Of a DNA stretch of 36,297 nucleotides, positions 31,040-36,297 are shown in pieces (the stretch's first letter is position 1; every line of letters begins with the position of its first letter). Origin of the DNA: Yokenella regensburgei (GTDB lineage Bacteria > Pseudomonadota > Gammaproteobacteria > Enterobacterales > Enterobacteriaceae); NCBI RefSeq assembly GCF_051486985.1, contig NZ_JAHVDV010000040.1:2241-38537 (forward strand), read 5' to 3'. A model generated the notes under the pieces. The model did no database searches, had not been told where the DNA came from, and saw only the letters and a list, made by a program, of their open reading frames with translations. The position numbers were made by a program, and so were the translations under genes.

Positions 31040-31085
31040 TTTTTTTTGCATCCTTAGCGATGCGCCGGATATGCTATAAAAAAAT

Positions 31086-31109
31086 GCCGACATTGCGTCG
31101 GCTTTTTTT
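31086..31109 (+). terminator. pgi rho-independent terminator
   Basis: gccgac-attgc-gtcggc followed by ttttttt. Confidence 0.8.
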
Positions 31110-31397
31110 ATCGGATAAATCTTCTTCCCACTATTAATACCTAATTCCGCGCTCTGAGGTTATTCTGAAAAGCAAGAATAACCGTTTAATGTCCAGGCGT
31201 TATTTTCAGATGTTACCTATACTTCCCAACTGGGTGAGTAATTTTAACAATATGAAATATAAAGGTTTTAAATTAAATATATAATTTTTATATATCTCTT
31301 TTATCCAATTTTCTTAAAACTTCCCGCTACGTTTCCCATTCGATTAATAGCCTGCTTTAGTTGTGTATACTCGTACTCGCCTGATTATTTCAGGCAC

Positions 31398-31521
31398 ATA
31401 CCCGTCGTACTTCAGGTTGCATGTGTGTTGGCTGCATTCGTTCACCCCGGTCACTTACACCAGTAAGCTCCCGGGGATTTTCTCACTTGCCGCCTTCCTG
31501 CAACTCGAATTATTTAGGGTA
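31398..31521. repeat. ERIC element, copy B (opposite orientation to copy A), in the yjbE 5' leader
   Basis: ..caccccggtcacttacaccagtaagctcccggggatt.. with the same flanks as copy A (..tacccgtc(a/g)tacttcagg.. / ..cacttgccgccttcc.gc.actcgaatta.ttagggta). The two copies differ by compensatory changes in the central palindrome (cccag/ctggg versus ccccgg/ccgggg). Confidence 0.85.
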
Positions 31522-31553
31522 AATCTCCATTCATTCAATGAAGGGAAATTGAT

Positions 31554-31796
31554 ATGAAAAAGGCACTGTTTGGCATTTTTGCCATAACCGCGCTTGCGGC
31601 GACGTCTGCGTTTGCGGCACCGATTCAGGTCGGTGAAGCAGCAGGCTCGGCAGCGACGTCTGTCTCAGCGGGAAGTTCGTCTGCGACCAGCGTCAGCACC
31701 GTAAGTTCTGCGGTGGGTGTTGCCCTGGCGGCAACCGGTGGCGGTGATGGTTCCAATACCGGAACCACAACCACTACGACCACCAGTACTCAGTAA
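31554..31796 (+). CDS. yjbE: secreted Ser/Thr/Gly-rich protein YjbE
   Basis: 80 aa, [64 protein letters not shown], as E. coli YjbE. Confidence 0.9.
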   Translation: MKKALFGIFAITALAATSAFAAPIQVGEAAGSAATSVSAGSSSATSVSTVSSAVGVALAATGGGDGSNTGTTTTTTTSTQ

Positions 31797-31813
31797 TCGC
31801 GAGTACTTAATCA

Positions 31814-31836
31814 TAACCACACTTCGGTGTGGTTAT
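31814..31836 (+). promoter_or_regulatory. hairpin between yjbE and yjbF (possible partial terminator or attenuator)
   Basis: aaccacac-ttcg-gtgtggtt followed by atttcg (short U-tract). Confidence 0.4.
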
Positions 31837-31861
31837 TTCGTCACTCCCCTGGAGAAGAGTC

Positions 31862-32500
31862 GTGAAGCGACCCGCAATTATTCTGATTTGCCTGCTTATT
31901 CAGGCCTGTTCTGCCACCACCAAAGGGCTGGGGAATTCGCTGTGGGATAGCGTTTTCGGCACGCCCGGCGTCCATCTGACCGATGAAGACATTGCCAGCA
32001 TGCCTTACGCCAGCCAGTACATGCAGCTTAATGGCGGGCCGCAACTCTTTGTGGTGCTTGCCTTTGACGAGAATGGTCAGCAGAAGTGGGCGACACAGGA
32101 CCAGTCGCTGGTTGTCACTCAGCATTACCGCATCGTTAAAACCCGGCTGGGTGAAAATAACCTGCTTGAGGTGAACAATCTGGCGGCAGACCCGCTGGCT
32201 AACCCAGGCCTGATTACCGACGGGGCGAGCTGGACCCGCACGATGGGCTGGACCGAACACAATCAGGTGCGCTACGCCACGGCGCGTTCCATCTTTCGCT
32301 GGAACGGTACCGACACGGTAACCCTTGGTAGTGACGAGACGCCCGTGCGGATCCTGGATGAAGAGGTGACCACAGATAAAAAAAGCTGGCGTAACCGCTA
32401 CTGGGTGGATGAGAACGGCCTCATCCGCCAGTCGGAACAGTACCTGGGAGCGGACTGGTTCCCGGTAAAAACTACGCTGATTAAGGCGCCGAAATCATGA
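31862..32500 (+). CDS. yjbF: lipoprotein YjbF
   Basis: 212 aa from GTG at 31862 (VKRPAIILICLLIQACSATTKGLGNSLWDS..), preceded by GGAGAAGAG. Lipobox LIQAC. Colinear with E. coli YjbF (MKRPALILICLLLQACSATTK..). The track start at 31829 lies inside the upstream hairpin and is rejected. Confidence 0.9.
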   Translation: MKRPAIILICLLIQACSATTKGLGNSLWDSVFGTPGVHLTDEDIASMPYASQYMQLNGGPQLFVVLAFDENGQQKWATQDQSLVVTQHYRIVKTRLGENNLLEVNNLAADPLANPGLITDGASWTRTMGWTEHNQVRYATARSIFRWNGTDTVTLGSDETPVRILDEEVTTDKKSWRNRYWVDENGLIRQSEQYLGADWFPVKTTLIKAPKS

Positions 32501-33237
32501 AGATACGAATTTATGCAGCGCTGATCATGACCCTTTGCGCTCCCCTGGCGCTGGCCGCGGGTACCATTGAGGTACACACCGCAGGCGACACTAAACCCAG
32601 AACCCTGACCGACGCCGCCCATCTGATAGATGTGGTCGGCCAGCCGCGACTGGCGCAAAGCTGGTGGCCTGGCGCCGTCATTAGCGAGCGTCAGGCTACG
32701 GCTGTAGCAACCGAACGCCAGCAGGCCCTGCTGGGTCGGTTACGCAGCCTGGCGGCGGAAGAGAGCGGTGATGATGCAGCGGCGGTGAATGCGCTGAGTC
32801 ATCAGGTTGCGGCGCTGAAAATCACAGGTCGCCAGCAGGTTAACCTCGACCCGGACGTCGTTCGGGTAAGAGCTGGCGCAAACCCGCCTTTAGAAGGGCA
32901 TTACAGCCTGTGGGTCGGCCCCCGTCCTGACACCATTACCATTTTTGGCCTCGTCAGTAGCCCAGGAAAAAAAGCGTTCACGCCGGGACGTGACGTCGTG
33001 AGTTATCTTGACGAGATGCATTTGCTGAGCGGCGCGGATAAAAACGATGCCTGGTTGATTTACCCCAACGGCCGCACCAAAAAAGTACCGGTGGCCTACT
33101 GGAACCGACGCCACGTCGAGCCAATGCCCGGCAGCACCATTTTTGTCGGCTTTTCCCCGGCGTTATGGGGCGACCGTTATGAAACGCTGAACGCGGACAT
33201 TCTTCATTCTCTGACGCACAGGATACCGGAACAATAA
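32497..33237 (+). CDS. yjbG: YjbG (exopolysaccharide-associated periplasmic protein)
   Basis: 246 aa with a signal peptide [22 protein letters not shown]. Overlaps the yjbF stop (ATGA). Colinear with E. coli YjbG. Confidence 0.9.
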   Translation: MKIRIYAALIMTLCAPLALAAGTIEVHTAGDTKPRTLTDAAHLIDVVGQPRLAQSWWPGAVISERQATAVATERQQALLGRLRSLAAEESGDDAAAVNALSHQVAALKITGRQQVNLDPDVVRVRAGANPPLEGHYSLWVGPRPDTITIFGLVSSPGKKAFTPGRDVVSYLDEMHLLSGADKNDAWLIYPNGRTKKVPVAYWNRRHVEPMPGSTIFVGFSPALWGDRYETLNADILHSLTHRIPEQ

Positions 33238-35333
33238 TGAAAAAATCCTTTGTCATCAGTGTGCTGGCGCTGGGGATTAGCGCCGCCTGCCACGCAGAAA
33301 GTTACCCGGCACCCATTGGCCCGTCGCAGTCTGACTTCGGTGGGGTGGGTCTGCTGCAAACCCCCACGGCGCGTATGGCCCGGGAAGGGGAGATCAGTCT
33401 CAACTATCGCGATAACGATCAGTATCGCTATTACTCCGGCTCAATACAGCTTTTCCCGTGGCTTGAAACCACGCTGCGTTACACCGATGTGCGTACCCGT
33501 CGCTACAGCAGTGTGGATGCCTTCTCTGGCGACCAGTCCTATAAAGATAAGGCCTTCGATCTGAAATTACGCCTGTGGGAAGAGGGGTACTGGATGCCGC
33601 AGGTTGCCGTAGGCGCACGTGATATCGGCGGAACGGGGCTGTTTGATGGCGAATATGTGGTGGCAAACAAGGCCTGGGGGCCGTTCGACTTCTCCCTTGG
33701 CCTGGGATGGGGCTATCTCGGTACGGCCGGGAATATCAAAAACCCCCTCTGTTCGTATGAAGAGAAATATTGCTACCGCGATAACAGTTATAACCAGGCA
33801 GGCTCGGTGGATGCCAGCCAGATGTTCCACGGTCCCGCGTCGCTGTTTGGCGGGGTAGAGTACCAGACACCCTGGCAGCCCCTGCGGCTTAAGCTGGAAT
33901 ATGAAGGCAACAACTATCAGCAGGACTTTGCCGGTAGCCTGCCGCAAAAGAGCAAGTTTAACGTCGGTGCCATTTACCGGGTGGCGGATTGGGCTGACGT
34001 CAATCTCAGCTATGAACGTGGTAACACCTGGATGTTTGGCTTCACGTTACGCAATAACTTCAATGACCTGCGTCCCGCCTACAATGATAACGCCCGACCG
34101 CAGTACCGCCCGCAACCGCAGGATGCCATCATTCAGCACTCTGTTGTCGCCAATCAGCTGACCTTGCTGAAATACAATGCGGGTCTGGCCGATCCGAAAA
34201 TTCAGGTGAAAGGCGATACGTTGTACGTGACGGGCGAGCAGGTAAAATACCGCAACTCGCAGGAAGGTATCGAACGCGCTAATCGCATCGTGATGAACGA
34301 CCTGCCGGAAGGTATTCGCACCATTCGGGTGACGGAAAACCGCCTTAACCTGCCGCAGGTGACCACCGAGACGGACGTTGCCAGTCTGCAGCGCCATCTG
34401 GAGGGGGAGCCGCTGGGGCAGGAGACGACGCTGGTGCAAAAACGCGTCACCCCGATAGTGCCGGAATCTACCGAGCAGGGCTGGTATATCGAAAAGTCGA
34501 GCTTTGATTTCCATATCGACCCGGTGCTCAATCAGTCGATTGGTGGCCCGGAAGGGTTCTATATGTATCAGCTTGGGGTGATGGCGACCGCCGACTGGTG
34601 GCTCACCGATCACCTGCTGACGACCGGCAGTCTGTTCGCTAACCTTGATAACAACTACGACAAATTCAACTACACCAACCCACCGAAGGATTCACAACTG
34701 CCGCGTGTGCGTACCCGCGTACGTGAATATGTGCAGAACGATGTGTATGTGAATAACCTGCAGGCCAACTACTTCCAGTATCTGGATAATAATTTCTATG
34801 GCCAGGTGTACGCCGGCTATCTGGAAACCATGTACGGCGGCGCGGGGGCTGAGGTGCTCTGGCGTCCGGTGGACAGCAACTGGGCGTTTGGTGTGGATGC
34901 CAACTACGTGAAGCAGCGTGACTGGCGCAGCGCGCAGGATCTCATGAAATTCACCGATTACAGCGTGAAGACCGGGCACTTAACGGCCTACTGGACGCCA
35001 CCGTTTGCCCAGGATGTGCTGATCAAAGCCAGCGTTGGGCAGTATCTGGCGGGTGATAAGGGCGGCACACTGGAGGTGGCGAAACACTTCGACAGCGGTG
35101 TGGTGGTGGGAGCCTATGCCACTATCACCAACGTTTCGCCGGATGAGTATGGTGAAGGGGACTTTACCAAAGGCGTATATGTCTCCATTCCGTTGGATCT
35201 CTTCTCCACCGGCGCGACCCGCAGTCGTGCGGCCGTTGGCTGGACGCCACTGACGCGTGATGGCGGGCAGCAGCTGGGACGTAAATTCGATCTTTATGGG
35301 ATTACCAGCGATAAGAGTATGAATTTCAGGTAA
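33237..35333 (+). CDS. yjbH: outer-membrane beta-barrel lipoprotein-like YjbH
   Basis: 698 aa with a signal peptide [20 protein letters not shown]. Overlaps the yjbG stop by 1 nt (TAATG). Same length and sequence as E. coli YjbH. Confidence 0.92.
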   Translation: MKKSFVISVLALGISAACHAESYPAPIGPSQSDFGGVGLLQTPTARMAREGEISLNYRDNDQYRYYSGSIQLFPWLETTLRYTDVRTRRYSSVDAFSGDQSYKDKAFDLKLRLWEEGYWMPQVAVGARDIGGTGLFDGEYVVANKAWGPFDFSLGLGWGYLGTAGNIKNPLCSYEEKYCYRDNSYNQAGSVDASQMFHGPASLFGGVEYQTPWQPLRLKLEYEGNNYQQDFAGSLPQKSKFNVGAIYRVADWADVNLSYERGNTWMFGFTLRNNFNDLRPAYNDNARPQYRPQPQDAIIQHSVVANQLTLLKYNAGLADPKIQVKGDTLYVTGEQVKYRNSQEGIERANRIVMNDLPEGIRTIRVTENRLNLPQVTTETDVASLQRHLEGEPLGQETTLVQKRVTPIVPESTEQGWYIEKSSFDFHIDPVLNQSIGGPEGFYMYQLGVMATADWWLTDHLLTTGSLFANLDNNYDKFNYTNPPKDSQLPRVRTRVREYVQNDVYVNNLQANYFQYLDNNFYGQVYAGYLETMYGGAGAEVLWRPVDSNWAFGVDANYVKQRDWRSAQDLMKFTDYSVKTGHLTAYWTPPFAQDVLIKASVGQYLAGDKGGTLEVAKHFDSGVVVGAYATITNVSPDEYGEGDFTKGVYVSIPLDLFSTGATRSRAAVGWTPLTRDGGQQLGRKFDLYGITSDKSMNFR

Positions 35334-35346
35334 TTTGGCGTTCGCG

Positions 35347-35566
35347 TCCCCTCACCCTGGCCCTCTCCCCAGAGAGACGAGGGGAGCGATGGAGCCGCTT
35401 TCCCCCCTCACCCTGGCCCTCTTTCCAAAGGGGCGAGGGGATCGATCGAGCCGCTTTCCCCCTCACCCTGGCCCTCTCCCCAAAGGGGCGAGGGGAGCGA
35501 TCGAGCCGCTTTCCCCCTCACCCTGGCCCTCTCCCCAAAGAGACGAGGGGAGCGATGGAGCCTGCT
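35347..35566. repeat. 4 tandem copies of a ~56-bp unit (ccctcaccctggccctctcccc-aaag-gggcgaggggagcgatSgagccgctttcc)
   Basis: Seen directly. Period 55-57 bp, immediately downstream of yjbH. The array ends ..gagcctgctaaaaggtgtggacttttctccctct. Confidence 0.9.
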
Positions 35567-35689
35567 AAAAGGTGTGGACTTTTCTCCCTCTTTCTTTTAA
35601 TTGAAGTGCCCTCACTAATATTACGTTTTACAGCGATAACATTGCGTCATGGGAATAAAACAGTCACCGCGATGACAGGGTCCGGCTGA

Positions 35690-35900
35690 AAATCGACGAC
35701 GCGTATCCGCAAGGCCGGGGCGCCGCGCAGGGATGCGCGGCGAGGGCGGCTTTACAGGGAGGTTTCCTCCGCCCGTCCCCGACAAGCCTGAAGGATTAAG
35801 CGTCGTGGACCGCGAAGCGGCGATTTTCGTGGCCGGGAGCCCGGGTCGCCAGGGTGGTGGCGGTGAACCACCCTGGCACGTTCACGGGTTCTGGCGTGAC
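35690..35900. other. GC-rich, highly structured non-coding segment between the two repeat clusters (candidate structured RNA or mobile remnant)
   Basis: Strong local hairpins: cgccgcgca-ggga-tgcgcggcg (35728-35749), gggagg-ttt-cctcc (35758-35771), and ccagggtggt-ggcggtgaa-ccaccctgg (35849-35877). No convincing ORF. Confidence 0.35.
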
Positions 35901-35949
35901 AGAGAAGCAAGAAACATAAGGTGAACGGAATGACCACAAGAGCCGCATG

Positions 35950-36117
35950 TTTCCCCTCACCCTGGCCCTCTCCCCAAAGGGGCGAGGGGAGCGATGGAGC
36001 CGCTTTTCCCCTCACCCTGACCCTCTCCCCAGAGAGGCGAGGGGAGCGATGGAGCCGCTTTTCCCCTCACCCTGACCCTCTCCCCAGAGAGACGAGGGAA
36101 GCGATCGAGCCTGCTAA
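35950..36117. repeat. 3 tandem copies of the same ~56-bp unit (second cluster, direct orientation)
   Basis: Seen directly. Ends ..gagcctgctaaaaagcgtggttttttctccctctcc, parallel to the end of the first cluster. Confidence 0.9.
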
Positions 36118-36297
36118 AAAGCGTGGTTTTTTCTCCCTCTCCCTTTCAGGGAGAGATACCGTCTTGCGGTTCAGGCCGCAAGCGGTATCTCAGCGTCGAA
36201 TATGCGACCCGATTTCACTACGCCATAAGCCAGTTGCAACAGCTTTCTCATTCCCGCGCAGACCTGCTCTTTCCCTGATTTTCCTCGTTCAGCCAGC

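Noticed and set aside
12945-31395. The shared motif gcctgattatt(t)caggc at the metH terminator (12947) and upstream of ERIC B (31377)
   Set aside because: It is a short (~17 nt) simple hairpin. The similarity is probably coincidental or generic terminator-like, and I see no extended homology.
35347-36117. CRISPR array
   Set aside because: The units are directly tandem (period ~56 bp) with no unique spacers between them, and there are no cas genes.

Overview
This window is an Enterobacteriaceae chromosomal segment, closest in gene content and order to the E. coli rrnE-metA-aceBAK-iclR-metH-yjbB-rluF-yjbD-lysC-pgi-yjbEFGH region. Protein identities to the E. coli K-12 sequences as I recall them are high but not identical, which suggests an Enterobacter-, Klebsiella- or Citrobacter-like host. 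The core genes, left to right, are: the 3' end of a 23S rRNA and a 5'-truncated 5S rRNA; metA; aceB, aceA and aceK; iclR (minus strand); metH; a yjbB Na/Pi transporter; rluF; yjbD; lysC (minus strand, with its lysine riboswitch); pgi; and yjbEFGH. Three accessory insertions interrupt this backbone. The first lies between metH and yjbB: an sdaC/sdaB-like serine transporter and dehydratase pair, followed by a low-GC XRE regulator divergent from a small four-helix membrane protein. The second is a degraded HigB/HigA-type toxin-antitoxin locus at the position where E. coli carries pepE. The third, and most interesting, lies between yjbD and lysC: an RNA-repair-like island with a BASS transporter, an ERIC element and a divergent rtcR (sigma-54 activator with a CARF domain). 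Facing rtcR, a sigma-54 promoter drives about 300 nt of non-coding leader with tRNA-like motifs, then an SPFH/band-7 protein, RtcB, and a pol-beta nucleotidyltransferase where RtcA would be expected. Repeats are prominent. A 4.5-copy tandem array of a roughly 118-bp hairpin and U-tract unit fills the aceA-aceK spacer. Two ERIC elements sit in gene leaders. A 'ccctctcccc-N-ggggagaggg / agggtgaggg' repeat family occurs at four loci, including two tandem clusters of a roughly 56-bp unit after yjbH that flank a GC-rich, strongly structured segment. All calls were made by eye from the sequence, using remembered E. coli protein and rRNA sequences. No database search was run.
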